Assembly: GCA_027021785.1 (NCBI GenBank)
Contig: JALUTR010000086.1
Span: 1-60,511 of the forward strand
From: Fidelibacterota bacterium
GTDB taxonomy: Bacteria > Fidelibacterota > Marinisomatia > Marinisomatales > JAADGP01
Reading direction: 5' to 3'
Length of the DNA stretch: 60,511 bases
Below the pieces are notes generated by a model that worked only from the letters and a program-made list of their open reading frames with translations, was not told where the DNA came from and did no database searches. The first letter of the stretch is position 1. Each line of letters starts with the position of its first letter. The position numbers were made by a program, and so were the translations under genes. Positions 60,429 to 60,511 of the stretch are shown here, piece after piece.

Positions 60429-60511
60429 TTTACCGGCATTAACTACCGGTTGGGGACTTGTCTGTTGATCGGCGGATTGGGCGTTGTAACATCCCCTCCT
60501 GTAATAGGAGG
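60429..60511 (+). repeat. structured dispersed repeat, copy B (truncated by the window edge)
   Basis: 60429-60477 match 11480-11528 with one mismatch. The following segment carries the same TCCCCTCCT..AGGAGG hairpin arms with a different loop (GTAAT). Confidence 0.8.

Overview
This is a bacterial chromosomal window with 50 complete CDS and one partial CDS. I recognised no rRNA, tRNA, CRISPR array, IS element or prophage. The layout from left to right is as follows. (1) A + strand cluster yceD-rpmF-plsX-fabH-fabD-fabG-acpP-fabF-rnc. (2) Minus-strand genes for a bifunctional nuclease, PGI/PMI, a polyprenyl synthase and PMM/PGM. (3) A 1.37-kb ORF-poor, repeat-rich spacer at 10912-12280. (4) A compact anaerobe-type Mo-nitrogenase cluster on the minus strand: nifA, then nifH-nifI1-nifI2-nifD-nifK-nifE-nifN-nifB and a 2Fe-2S ferredoxin, with a near-consensus sigma-54 promoter upstream of nifH. 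(5) Directly upstream of nifA, an operon encoding a sulfite-reductase-like protein, an APS/PAPS reductase and a cysteine synthase-TusA fusion. It is preceded by two tandem paralogous leader elements that each contain a terminator. This leader pair is my best candidate for something undescribed (a cis-regulatory RNA). (6) Housekeeping genes: murQ, prmA, an AGCS symporter, lptF/G, a large lipoprotein plus FadL/PorV-like barrel pair, ahcY-metK, hpf, pckA, a xer recombinase, rluD, lspA, a dksA-like gene, ileS, htrA, an M1 peptidase with a barrel-like C-terminus, tlpA-dsbD, patatin, cyclophilin and pyrE-pyrF. An approximately 85-nt hairpin-containing repeat at 11480-11564 recurs at the right window edge (60429-60511). 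The ileS-dksA-like-lspA synteny and my recollection of Chlorobi nif gene order hint at an anaerobe related to the FCB superphylum. That placement is inference only. All calls come from reading the ORF translations and the DNA by eye; no searches were run.
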